Origin: a virus
Length of the DNA: 64,000 bases
Strand: one strand, 5' to 3'
Virus record (IMG/VR): IMGVR_UViG_3300045988_077276
Location: 6,783-70,782 of that record
Shown here: positions 32,950 through 42,431 of the stretch, piece after piece
Position numbering within the stretch: the first letter of the stretch is position 1
Layout of the letters: each line of letters opens with the position of its first letter
Made by a program: the position numbers and the translations under genes
The notes under the pieces: generated by a model
Databases searched by the model: none
Seen by the model: the letters and a program-made list of their open reading frames with translations, nothing else
Told to the model about the DNA's origin: nothing

Positions 32950-34303
32950 CAATCGTTATATTTCAATCGGTTATACAATCGTTATATATCCATTGTTTGA
33001 AAACATATAAAGCCATTTTGTGTACATCAGATAGACACAAGAAATAAACACGACTATTTGACAATCGTTATCATCAATAGAATGTGTATTGTGTATGTAC
33101 AGATGTATGTATTGATGTATGTTATTGTGTTGTATCTTGCGTATGTGCTTATGTTGGTGCTTTGGTATGTGTTGCGGTATGTGGTAAGTACTATAGAATT
33201 TTACAATATATATAAATATGCATGGGACAAATACCGCCCAACGTGGGACGCTTTAAGTCCCAACATAGAACACGCCCAAGCCAATTACAAAAACTCATAA
33301 CAAACATGATTTAAACGCATGATACCACTATATCGAAAACAATAGATATGTTGCCATGGCTACACAATGGGATAATACAATATATAAACATATGAAAATA
33401 CATTCATACGTATAGCCACGATACAAACAATTATAAATGATAATGATTGAGAATGAATGTACTACTATAGGTATTCTATTACATTGTGCAAGCGTTCGCC
33501 GTTGGTTGTACCTAGTGTTATGTACTTATGTTATACCCCTATACAGTCCAATCATAGGGTACATACTACATCGAAAAATTTAGAAATTCCAAAAGGGATA
33601 ACCATTATCAACTGGGGGCGGTTATATCATAACAAACCCAAGCCATACAAAAGTTACATACCCAAGACATACCCATGCTGCATACCCCAATACAAACAAT
33701 GGTCTATACCAATGTCATACACTTTTGTTCCATACATAACACCCATCACTATAGGTATCATCTATATGTTTTAAAACCATACATATCAATACATATGTAT
33801 TATGCAATTGAATATACAATCGCTATCTACAATCGGTTACTACAATTGAGATACATATGTTACATACATAATCCGTTATATGTTTGAAAACAATTGAGTA
33901 TCCAATCGACCATACAATCGTTTAAAACGATTGGTTAAAATTTATGTATAAAATTTTTATGGTAAACATATGTGTTAAACATATAAGGTAAAACGTATAT
34001 TACATACACTAGAGTATTGTATTTGAAATTACAAATGTTTGATGCTATATGGACATACATATATTGTTCTGTTTTAACAATCGTTAGTTTCAATCAGTTT
34101 AATAGAAGTATGTGATAATATGTTTGTGTCATACATACTTAACCATTTTACAAAATGGTAATCATCTCTCTATGGAGATGATTGACTATGTTCTTGATAG
34201 TCGGTTACATAAGATGGAAAAATATCAAACATAAACCGTTTGCCGTCCTATGCGTTACACTATAGGGGCGTACTTATGTCTGCCTTGGCGGTGTATACAA
34301 TCG
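32950..34303. repeat. TAtACAATCGnTTA iterons, right cluster (at least 10 copies)
   Basis: caatcg at 32950, 32964, 32976, 33062, 33817, 33830, 33903, 33915, 34078 and 34298, inverted at 33928, plus caattg and caatca variants. Confidence 0.6.
33080..33190. repeat. GTATG-rich strand-asymmetric tract
   Basis: tgtgtattgtgtatgtacagatgtatgtattgatgtatgttattgtgttg... Mirrored by a CATAC-rich tract at about 33640-33760. Confidence 0.5.
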
Positions 34304-34580
34304 CTGCACAACACTAGAAATCCCATAAGACAAGCCAAGTGGCATCCATCGTTATCGCAGCGTGGTAAACTTGTGTGAACATAAAAATAAGCCATCGTTG
34401 ACACCGCTGGTGGCATCAAGAATGACCCTATAAATGGTATATGTAATTTCCAATAGTTACACTAATGTGTAAAAACTTACGCATATATACTAAAAAGAAT
34501 TTTATGGCGTTCAACCTAGATGGTTACTGGGTTTATGACGTAACGGAGAATCATTATTACTTCCGATAATTGAAAAATAC

Positions 34581-34620
34581 CACAACTTACCATAACTTTT
34601 TGACACTATATATGAGGGGT
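34581..34620 (+). promoter_or_regulatory. conserved 40-nt motif, copy 1 (CACAACTT-N8-TTTTTGACACTATATATGAGGGGT)
   Basis: 32 of 40 positions are identical to 50501-50540. Confidence 0.5.
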
Positions 34621-34969
34621 TCCCAAATTGGGTACTTAAGTTTGAAACCCAAAAACAACAACAAGAAAAACATAACAACCGTTTATAGTCCAAACTGTTT
34701 AACCGACTTTGAAAAATACTTAAGCCGTAGGCTTATTGCGAAGCAATGTGAAAACAAGTTTGAAACATACAGAACGGTAAACATAAGTTTTAAAACATAT
34801 AAGATTTCTCTATCGAGAAATAATACTTCGTATTGATTATGTTTGTCGCTTATGCTTTAAGACTCAAACCGTATAACAAACCATATGCAACAAAGGGCAT
34901 ACATAAGTATTAAACATATATCATTCATATGTTGACACTTATGTATGCCCTTTGTTTTTCGTTTGTATT
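34621..34969 (+). ncRNA. ORF-poor transcript candidate between motif copy 1 and a strong terminator
   Basis: Small hairpins (aagcc-gta-ggctt; attgc-gaa-gcaat). The only track ORF (34570-34836) starts upstream of the motif with TTG and has no RBS. Confidence 0.3.
34901..34969. terminator. long-stem terminator, probably bidirectional
   Basis: 18-bp stem caaagggcatacataagt/acttatgtatgccctttg with a 28-nt loop and TTTTT on the + strand. It also lies directly after the minus-strand operon. Confidence 0.6.
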
Positions 34970-35215
34970 CTATTTTAATAATTCTTCTTCTGAACCACGT
35001 TTGGGATACGCATCTGTAATCTTACCACCGATGCTCCAAAGAATGATTGCCAAGACAAAGAACCCAAGGAATCCATATGGTTCTCCAGAAACGGCACTGG
35101 CGATACCCAAGCCAAAGGATGCACTACCAATCCACTTAAATAACATACCGACAAAATGTGCCGATGTAAAATATCCGATGATTAACGTCAAACCGACCAT
35201 TGCAAAAATAAACAT
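34970..35215 (-). CDS. small membrane protein (three helices)
   Basis: AGGAGG lies before the ATG on the minus strand. MFIFAMVGLTLIIGYF...GFLGFFVLAIILWSIGG. Co-oriented with the recombinase. Confidence 0.6.
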   Translation of the reverse strand: MFIFAMVGLTLIIGYFTSAHFVGMLFKWIGSASFGLGIASAVSGEPYGFLGFFVLAIILWSIGGKITDAYPKRGSEEELLK

Positions 35216-35225
35216 ATGCTACCTC

Positions 35226-35756
35226 CTATAAGGACATGATGGCGTATACTTTAGAATTTAATTCTTCGGTTGTAATCCCAAGATAACGCATGGTGATTGC
35301 TTCTGATGAATGATTGAATACTTGCATAAGGTATGCGATTGGCACACCCTTACGGTACGCATGATACCCAAATGTCTTACGCATGGAATGTGTACCGATG
35401 TTTTCAAGACCGCACTTAATGGATGCAGCCTTGATTTTTCTCCATGCTTGGGTGGTCGTGATATGACCATCGCCAGAACGACTTGGGAATAACCAATGTT
35501 TGCAACGAGATGCGTATTCGCATAACATCTCATAGATTTCTTTAGACAATGCAAATCGTTTGAACTTGCCTGTTTTTTGTTCTCGTAATTCCATCATTGG
35601 TTTGACATCATCTACGGTTAAACCGACTAAATCGCTAATGCGTAGACCAGAGTTGATACCCAATGTGAATAACATTTTATCACGGTCGTTGGTCAATGCT
35701 TTACGCATTTCATTGACTTTGGCTAAATCTCTAATTGGTTCTGTTACTGTTGACAT
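35226..35756 (-). CDS. tyrosine recombinase, catalytic domain only (176 aa)
   Basis: GLRISDL (Arg I), HSMRKT (His-x-x-Arg), NHSS (His) and MRYLG (Tyr). There is no N-terminal core-binding domain. GGAGGA RBS. Confidence 0.8.
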   Translation of the reverse strand: MSTVTEPIRDLAKVNEMRKALTNDRDKMLFTLGINSGLRISDLVGLTVDDVKPMMELREQKTGKFKRFALSKEIYEMLCEYASRCKHWLFPSRSGDGHITTTQAWRKIKAASIKCGLENIGTHSMRKTFGYHAYRKGVPIAYLMQVFNHSSEAITMRYLGITTEELNSKVYAIMSL

Positions 35757-35883
35757 AATTTATCCTCCTAATGGGTTGTTCTAATATGACAACCACTATT
35801 GTTTCTACATATAGAATACACCATGTATGGAAATGTGTCAACACTTTATTTTGTAATTTTTGAAAATATTTTGGAGGTTCTTT

Positions 35884-36492
35884 ATGGAAGAACTACAATT
35901 AAAACGAAAGAAGTCGTTCGAGAATCGAATTGATTTCTTTGGATTGCAAGACTCTGTGACCGAACAGAGAAACGCTGGTAAGTCTTATGTTGCCATCGCA
36001 CGAGCGTTAAACAAGGACAACCAGCAACATCTACAAGGGATTGTCATTACGCCTAAGATGGTTGGTGACTGGTGTCGGTCAAACCTTGTGGAAGAAAAAC
36101 CCTCTAGCAAGGAATACGAGGTTGTCAACACATACAATGAACAAAAGAATTTGTTGGAGATGGTTGAAACACAAATCGAAATGATTCAAGTGTTCATTGA
36201 TGATTTACAATGTCAACAAGCCGAGGGAACAATGTCGCCAGACATCTTGTATAAACGCATGAAAGACCTAATGAGTGACCAAGAAAAGTACTTTGGTCGT
36301 AAACAAGCGATTTTAAAAGATATGCAAGCAACAATGGAGAAAATCTTTACGTTCCAAGCAATGAACTCTATTATTGTTGAAATCATGCGTATTATCACGG
36401 AAAAAGACCCTAAGTTGGCAGAACAAATCACTAAAGAAATAAAAACAAATCAAATATTATTGTCTAATTACGCAAAAATCCAACAAAATTAA
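35884..36492 (+). CDS. terminase small subunit (candidate)
   Basis: Sits immediately upstream of TerL. GGAGG lies before ATG 35884. N-terminal HTH-like GKSYVAIARALN. Confidence 0.45.
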   Translation: MEELQLKRKKSFENRIDFFGLQDSVTEQRNAGKSYVAIARALNKDNQQHLQGIVITPKMVGDWCRSNLVEEKPSSKEYEVVNTYNEQKNLLEMVETQIEMIQVFIDDLQCQQAEGTMSPDILYKRMKDLMSDQEKYFGRKQAILKDMQATMEKIFTFQAMNSIIVEIMRIITEKDPKLAEQITKEIKTNQILLSNYAKIQQN

Positions 36493-36544
36493 GAATATTT
36501 ATCTAAATATTATCGAAAAACCTTAACTTTTTACTGGATTTTTT

Positions 36545-36557
36545 CACTATAAGTGAG
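36545..36557 (+). promoter_or_regulatory. CACTATAAGTGAG, a looser relative of the conserved motif core
   Basis: ttttttCACTATAAGTGAGaac lies upstream of the TerL RBS. Compare tttttgaCACTATATGTGAGggg. Confidence 0.35.
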
Positions 36558-36584
36558 AACAATTACCACTTAGGAGGTGTGTCC

Positions 36585-38264
36585 GTGGCTGAAAACATTT
36601 TGGACTCGCTATTGGGTGTGTCCGTGGCGAACACAGAGCCATCAAGTGACACTCCATCTGATAAAGATATTGGTGCAACAGACTTGGAATATTTTGCCAA
36701 GACATATTTTCCGCATATCTTCTCAACGCCATTCTGTGAATTTCATCACTCAATGTTCCGTGATGCGGAGAACATGATATTGCACTTTGACAATCTACAC
36801 AATAAGTTCGTTCGTGCAGCACCACGAGGTCACGGCAAAAGCCGTATTATATCCGTTGTGTTTCCGATATGGCTAATTGTGTATGGTTACCGCAAGAACA
36901 TACTGATTATTTCAGATACCTTTGAACAAGCCAAAGAGTTTATCCAAACAATCAAGGATGAACTAGAAGATAATGAACGCTTGAAAGCAGACTTTGGTCT
37001 TCTTAAAGGTGATAAAACATGGGCGAGCGATAAGATTGTCACCAAGAATAAAATACAAGTGTTTGCAAAATCAAGTGGTCAATCCTTGCGTGGTTCTTCA
37101 TATAACAACATTCGTCCAGAAGTTGTAATATTAGACGACTTAGAAAATGACGAAGCGGTGGAAACTGAAAATCAACGCAAGAAATTATACGATTGGTTTA
37201 TGAAAGTATTAATGCCAATCGGCAACCCAAGAACCGTATTCTTGTATGTCGGTTCGGTTTTGCATTATGAGGCTTTGTTATACAAAGTACTGACCGACTC
37301 CAAGTTTAACAACTGGAATCGTGCCATATATAAAGCCGTATATTCTTTTTCTGAAAGTCCACGATGGACTGTATGGGAAGAATTGTTTAACGACTTGACA
37401 GACCCTAATGCTGCACAAAACGCATCTGATTACTTCAATGAACACAAAGAAGAAATGATGGATGGCGTGGAAGTAATGTGGGAGGGTCGAAACTTTGGTC
37501 TGTTTGAACATTTAGATTGCTCGTTTGACGAGAAGATGAAACTATCTAGGGATAACTGGTATCAAGAACTCATGATTCTAAAAATGCAAGATGATGAAGC
37601 ATTTAACTCTGAGTACCAAAATAACCCTATGACCGAAGCTAGTCGAATATTTAAAGAATCGTGGATTAAATCCAATTATTATGACGAAACAAATTTACCG
37701 CATATGAAACAAATTTATGCTGCGGTCGATGTGTCAATGGGGAAATCACGAACATCTGATTATTCGGCAATCCTTATTGTTGGTCGTGGCGTTGATAACT
37801 ACTTTTATGTACTAGAAGCAGATGTCGAACGTAGACCACCAGATGCAATCATTAATGATATTCTCTTGTATCTTGACAAATACAACGGAAGATTGGATGG
37901 ATTCATTGTCGAAGAAAACGTATTCCAAGAGTTCTTTTCTAAAACATTACAACAAACCGCACTTGACATGGGTTTATATGTCAACTGGGTATCCGTTCGG
38001 TCTACCGCAAGTGACAACAAAGGCACACGCATCCGTTCGCTTGCTCCGAAGATTAAACAAGGGTATATCAAGTTTAATAAAAACCATCGTATCTTGGAAA
38101 GTCAACTTAAGAACTTCCCAAAAGACCACGATGATGCACCAGATTGCTTAGAACGATGTATTGCGAAGTTCTTAGAAAACTCTGCGACTATTGCAGTCGG
38201 TTCTATTGGCAGTCAGAACAAACGTAAAAACATTTTATCATTCATGAAAGGTTGGAAACGATGA
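36585..38264 (+). CDS. terminase large subunit
   Basis: AAPRGHGKSRI (Walker A-like) and VVILDDLENDE (Walker B). A C-terminal nuclease region follows. AGGAGG lies 7 nt before GTG 36585. Confidence 0.85.
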   Translation: MAENILDSLLGVSVANTEPSSDTPSDKDIGATDLEYFAKTYFPHIFSTPFCEFHHSMFRDAENMILHFDNLHNKFVRAAPRGHGKSRIISVVFPIWLIVYGYRKNILIISDTFEQAKEFIQTIKDELEDNERLKADFGLLKGDKTWASDKIVTKNKIQVFAKSSGQSLRGSSYNNIRPEVVILDDLENDEAVETENQRKKLYDWFMKVLMPIGNPRTVFLYVGSVLHYEALLYKVLTDSKFNNWNRAIYKAVYSFSESPRWTVWEELFNDLTDPNAAQNASDYFNEHKEEMMDGVEVMWEGRNFGLFEHLDCSFDEKMKLSRDNWYQELMILKMQDDEAFNSEYQNNPMTEASRIFKESWIKSNYYDETNLPHMKQIYAAVDVSMGKSRTSDYSAILIVGRGVDNYFYVLEADVERRPPDAIINDILLYLDKYNGRLDGFIVEENVFQEFFSKTLQQTALDMGLYVNWVSVRSTASDNKGTRIRSLAPKIKQGYIKFNKNHRILESQLKNFPKDHDDAPDCLERCIAKFLENSATIAVGSIGSQNKRKNILSFMKGWKR

Positions 38265-39580
38265 ATCTTAAACAACGAATCTTATCATGGATGAGTAAAA
38301 CTATACTAAGGGATACGGTTGCCAATCTAAAGAATACTTGGTTGTCTTCTTTTAGATTTAACAATCGAGCAACCGAAACAAAACTTAGTGTAGAAGAACT
38401 ACGGAATCTATCAAGAACACCGATTGTACGTTCTGCAATCAATCAAATCCGAGAGGGTATTCTTGCGTTGCCTTGGGAAGTTGTTTCCATTGATGGTAAC
38501 GCAAACAAGAAACAAATCAAACAGGTCACACAGATTATTCAAAATCCGAATCCTGTTGATGATTACAACGACTTCATTGGTAAGCTATTTGAAGACTTGA
38601 TTGTCTTAGACCTTGCGTTCTTTGAACAAAAGGTAGTCAAAGGATATAGACCTTTGTATTTATTCCCAATCGACACAGAAACAATCGAGGTAGCAACCAA
38701 CTGGAGTGGTGACTTAAATCAACCACGATTTTTACAATCCGTAAATGGACATCAAGAATGGTACAAGGTTGATAAAATCGCCATGTTGCAACGCACGAAA
38801 CTGACATATGATGAGTTTGGTTTATCACCATTAGAGCAAGCATATCGGCATATCAAATACCTAGCAGAAGTACAAGAGTATGCAAACGATATTTCCTCTA
38901 ATGCGATGCCAAAGTACTTAGTCAACATGGGTGCATCCGCAAGTGAAGAAGAAATCGAAAAAATTCGGTTATACATTGCGAATGAAATCCAAGGTCAATC
39001 TGCGGTTGCAATCGTTGGTTCTGCACAATTGGATGCCAAACAGATTTCACCGATTGGTGATGAAGCTGCATCCTTGAATTGGCAGAAAATGTTGCTACAG
39101 ATTATTGCGACTTGTTTCAATATCCCTCCAGAACGATTAGGTGTGGCGATTTCAAATGACCGTTCTACCTCATCTGAAAAAGATAATGAAATGTTGGAAT
39201 ACACAATTAAACCTTGGGCGAAGATTTTTGAACGAGCGTTTAATAAATACGTGATTGCACGTTTGGGTTATTCCGATAGTATTAAATTCCAATTCGTATT
39301 TACTCCAACCAAGGCACAACAGGCAGATGCCGTTGAACGTGTTCGTAAACTCGTTGATGGTAATATTATCACATTAAACGAAGCACGTCAAGAGTTAAAT
39401 GGTGTTCTTGGTATCGAACTGAAAGATATTCCGTCTGGCGATTCATTGCTGGAAGAATATAAATCATCTTTGATTCAAAAGCGTGTACAAGACGATGAAC
39501 AAGAAATTGACACGACCGATGAACCGAAGAAATCTACAGAGAAAGGAGAAGCCGATGGAAAAACAAAAAGTACAACTTAA
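38252..39580 (+). CDS. portal protein
   Basis: 442 aa directly after TerL. The CFNIPPERLG segment is typical of HK97-type portals. Acidic C-terminus. Confidence 0.75.
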   Translation: METMNLKQRILSWMSKTILRDTVANLKNTWLSSFRFNNRATETKLSVEELRNLSRTPIVRSAINQIREGILALPWEVVSIDGNANKKQIKQVTQIIQNPNPVDDYNDFIGKLFEDLIVLDLAFFEQKVVKGYRPLYLFPIDTETIEVATNWSGDLNQPRFLQSVNGHQEWYKVDKIAMLQRTKLTYDEFGLSPLEQAYRHIKYLAEVQEYANDISSNAMPKYLVNMGASASEEEIEKIRLYIANEIQGQSAVAIVGSAQLDAKQISPIGDEAASLNWQKMLLQIIATCFNIPPERLGVAISNDRSTSSEKDNEMLEYTIKPWAKIFERAFNKYVIARLGYSDSIKFQFVFTPTKAQQADAVERVRKLVDGNIITLNEARQELNGVLGIELKDIPSGDSLLEEYKSSLIQKRVQDDEQEIDTTDEPKKSTEKGEADGKTKSTT

Positions 39581-40472
39581 CGCCAGTGCAATTAAAGTTA
39601 TACTAGATAATCAACATACGAATTCCATGCGTTTTACTGGTACGTGTATGTTCTTAAATGAACCATCTGATTATATTCCCGGTGGTGTTGATAAACCTGT
39701 GATGTTATCATCTGAAGTTGCCGAAGCGTGTGCATCTACGATGAACCTTATGGGTATCAATTGTGATTACGACCCTTGGTTATTTCCAGATGAAGTCATG
39801 ATGGCACATGACCGTAGAAATAAAATTGGTGTAGTTGAAAAATGTTGGGTTGACGGTAATGAACTTAAGTTCACTGGTATTATCTACAAGAATGACTTTC
39901 CAGACGTTGCAGAGTTTATCAAAAAGACTGTAGACTCTCTAGGATTCTCTGTGGAAGCCATTTTCAATATCCACGAGTTTGAAGACCATATTGAAATGGC
40001 GGATGTTGAATTTACTGGTGTTGCTATGTTGTTTAAAAACGCAGCCGCATACCAAAATACGTATATTGCAGAAATTGCCGCAAAGGCGAAAGGAAAACAA
40101 CTAATGAACGAACAAGAAATTAAAGCCTTGGTTGATGAAGCCGTTAAGGCATCCATTGAAGCACAAGCGAAAGCACAAGCACAAGCGGAAGAAGCTAAAG
40201 CACTAAAAGATGCAAAAGCCGAAGTTGAACGCTTGACTGCCGAATGTTCCGCTAAAGATGCATTGATTGCTGAAAAAGATACTAAGATTGCAGAACTTGA
40301 AAAATCTGTTGAAACAAAAGATGCAGAAATCGAAGCTGGTAAAGCAGAAGCCGAAAAACAAACTGTAATTTCCGATGTTAAAAACTTGGAAACTAAAGCT
40401 AAGTTGGAAGCTGGTAAAGCTGACAAAGAATTTGATAACTTTGCAGATGGCATCGAAGCTATGTGTAAATAA
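39555..40472 (+). CDS. prohead protease (S78/HK97-like) fused to a scaffold-like coiled coil
   Basis: MAHDRRNKIGVVEKCWVDGNELKFTG...SLGFSVEA fits the HD....IG...S.G pattern. The C-terminal 110 aa are A/K/E coiled coil. Confidence 0.6.
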   Translation: MEKQKVQLNASAIKVILDNQHTNSMRFTGTCMFLNEPSDYIPGGVDKPVMLSSEVAEACASTMNLMGINCDYDPWLFPDEVMMAHDRRNKIGVVEKCWVDGNELKFTGIIYKNDFPDVAEFIKKTVDSLGFSVEAIFNIHEFEDHIEMADVEFTGVAMLFKNAAAYQNTYIAEIAAKAKGKQLMNEQEIKALVDEAVKASIEAQAKAQAQAEEAKALKDAKAEVERLTAECSAKDALIAEKDTKIAELEKSVETKDAEIEAGKAEAEKQTVISDVKNLETKAKLEAGKADKEFDNFADGIEAMCK

Positions 40473-40524
40473 TTACGCATAATATATTTTGTTGATTTGA
40501 TTTTATATCATAGGAGAAATAACT

Positions 40525-41544
40525 GTGGCAGTAACAAAATCCAAATTTATTACAGCAGCTGCCGTTGCTGATTATAACCAATCTCATTACATCGAGTTGC
40601 CTAAATTCCAAAACTTGATGGTTGATTTACTAAATCGTAATGTAACAATCCGTAATCGTATCACACCTGTTATGGCGACTGGCTACCCATCTCGTTACTG
40701 GGAACAAACAAAAATCGCACACAATGCGAAATTCGTAAATCCACGCACAGGTGATGCTGGTAAATACGGCGTTGACACTTACGATGAAGATTACGGTCGT
40801 GTAGAAAAGGCAGTATATCTTAAAGCTATCACATCTGGTATTAAATACTCTTTGTTTGATACAGAAGTTGTAGCACAACAAGGTGATGCCTTGGCAAAAG
40901 CCTTATTGAATAAAGATATGGAAGACATGATTGTTGACTTGCTTCAAACTTCCAACAAAGGTATCTGGACTGGTGCAGCAACTGCGGCAGACGATTCTAC
41001 ATCTGTTGAATACTGTGGTTTGGCAACTCAAATTACCGATGCAGTAACTGTGGCTAACCCTTATAGCTTTGCAACTGGTACAGGCGAGTTTGTAACTGAT
41101 ACAATCCGTACTAAGATGGCATCCAACTTGGCATCCACAAAATACATCGGTATGCCTACTGCAATCTACGCTAACCCATTGACAATCGACTACTTAAGCC
41201 GTGCTGAATTAAAACGCCCGGGTTTTGCAGTTAACCAATCTGCGGATAAAATGGACTTGGGTAATGGTTTCGTGGTAAATACAATCCGTACACAAGCTGG
41301 TTATTTACCATTAATTCCAGACAACTATATTCCATTTGACCCAACTAACAAAAAACATACATTGTATGTAGTCAACGAAAACTTGATTGAACGCCATTAC
41401 TTGACTAATGCAGAACCACGCATCTTCAAAATGGGTCTTACTAAAGGTCTATTGGACGAATACGTTGCAGTAATGTTCGATGCAATTGTTGCCAAAGGTG
41501 CAAGTGCTGGTGCTCACTTCAAAGTTGAATTTACCGAAGCGTAA
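40525..41544 (+). CDS. major capsid protein (HK97 fold by position)
   Basis: 339 aa following the protease-scaffold gene. AGGAGA lies before GTG 40525. A hairpin follows the gene. Confidence 0.7.
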   Translation: MAVTKSKFITAAAVADYNQSHYIELPKFQNLMVDLLNRNVTIRNRITPVMATGYPSRYWEQTKIAHNAKFVNPRTGDAGKYGVDTYDEDYGRVEKAVYLKAITSGIKYSLFDTEVVAQQGDALAKALLNKDMEDMIVDLLQTSNKGIWTGAATAADDSTSVEYCGLATQITDAVTVANPYSFATGTGEFVTDTIRTKMASNLASTKYIGMPTAIYANPLTIDYLSRAELKRPGFAVNQSADKMDLGNGFVVNTIRTQAGYLPLIPDNYIPFDPTNKKHTLYVVNENLIERHYLTNAEPRIFKMGLTKGLLDEYVAVMFDAIVAKGASAGAHFKVEFTEA

Positions 41545-41571
41545 TACGCCTAATTCAAACGATTAATCACA

Positions 41572-41591
41572 GGGGTGTCTTTTGACACCCC
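41572..41591 (+). terminator. hairpin after the capsid gene (partial terminator or attenuator)
   Basis: Stem ggggtgtc-tttt-gacacccc. Weak T-run. Confidence 0.4.
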
Positions 41592-41620
41592 AATGTTTTA
41601 ACCGAATGGAGATTTTTACT

Positions 41621-41839
41621 ATGTTAGTAACATTAAAAGACAGTAATGCAACACGTATTTATCTGTGCGGTCGCATTATCGAGTCTGATAACGGTCGCTT
41701 TGAAGTTTCCGAGGAAGAATATGCTTTAAATGAAGCAGTATTAGAGCCTGTGGATAAAAAAGCTGGCAAGGTTATCAAACCAAAAACAAAATCTACGGAA
41801 GACGTTGTAGACGAAGTAGACGAAGATTCTGCCCAATAG
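41621..41839 (+). CDS. hypothetical head-module protein
   Basis: GGAGA lies before ATG 41621. 72 aa with an acidic C-terminus. Confidence 0.45.
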   Translation: MLVTLKDSNATRIYLCGRIIESDNGRFEVSEEEYALNEAVLEPVDKKAGKVIKPKTKSTEDVVDEVDEDSAQ

Positions 41840-41849
41840 GAGATAAATC

Positions 41850-42419
41850 ATGGTATACTTAGATGCAACAGAAATTGACGAATATTGTCAAATGATTCCA
41901 GTTGATGAAAGTCATGTTCAGTTTGCATCGACTATGATTGATGCCTACGTTGGAACAAACAATGGACAATCGAAATTTACATCCAACGAAATCACCGAAA
42001 TTGTCAAACCGAATCGCAAAGGCGTGTTGATTCTAAAGAATGACCCTGTGATTAATATTCTGTCAATCCAAGCAATTCACACACGAGATATAAACGAAGA
42101 CGGAGTTGAGATTGAACCGTACTTGTATGACTTTGATGGTAGCAAGTATGTATATTTATTGAATAACACATCCGCCATGACATATTCTCAAATATTCTCG
42201 CATAATGCAAGATTTTACAAAGTACGTTACAACTATGGGTTCGCTGAAATTCCACGAGAAGTAAAAACGGCTTGTGCAATGCTTGCGATGAATATATCAC
42301 AGGTTTCTACATTCACCGCTTTAAATTCCATGACAACTTTGGATGCTCGATTTTCATTAACTGACCCAAACTTATTTACAAACGAAATCAAATCATTGTT
42401 ATCACGATACAGATTCTAA
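41850..42419 (+). CDS. head-tail adaptor/connector (candidate)
   Basis: Called by position. AGGAGA RBS. 189 aa. Confidence 0.4.
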   Translation: MVYLDATEIDEYCQMIPVDESHVQFASTMIDAYVGTNNGQSKFTSNEITEIVKPNRKGVLILKNDPVINILSIQAIHTRDINEDGVEIEPYLYDFDGSKYVYLLNNTSAMTYSQIFSHNARFYKVRYNYGFAEIPREVKTACAMLAMNISQVSTFTALNSMTTLDARFSLTDPNLFTNEIKSLLSRYRF

Positions 42420-42431
42420 ACGGAGGTATAT

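Noticed and set aside
33058-33887. ORFs 33058-33300, 33457-33774 and 33675-33887
   Set aside because: They are products of the GTATG- and CATAC-rich strand-asymmetric tracts (MYVLMYVIVLYLAYVLMLVLWYVL and similar). No RBS is present.
27000-34500. A CRISPR array as an explanation for the dispersed repeats
   Set aside because: The repeats are heterogeneous families in both orientations with irregular spacing. They are interleaved with promoters, genes and terminators. There is no regular repeat-spacer periodicity and there are no cas genes.
34570-34836. 88-aa ORF in the region downstream of motif copy 1
   Set aside because: Its TTG start lies upstream of the putative promoter motif and has no Shine-Dalgarno sequence. 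The translation is Asn/Lys/Thr-rich and low-complexity. The region is treated as a possible non-coding transcript.
27951-35756. A classical integron
   Set aside because: The recombinase has only 176 aa and lacks IntI features. It is oriented with its 3' end toward the cassettes rather than divergent from an attI/Pc region. The cassettes carry their own promoters. Only the general logic of cassette plus palindrome plus tyrosine recombinase is similar.
39884-40480. 198-aa minus-strand ORF antisense to the scaffold region
   Set aside because: It is an Ala/Ser-rich mirror of the GCN/AAR-periodic coiled-coil coding sequence on the + strand. It has no RBS and lies inside a tightly packed + strand operon.
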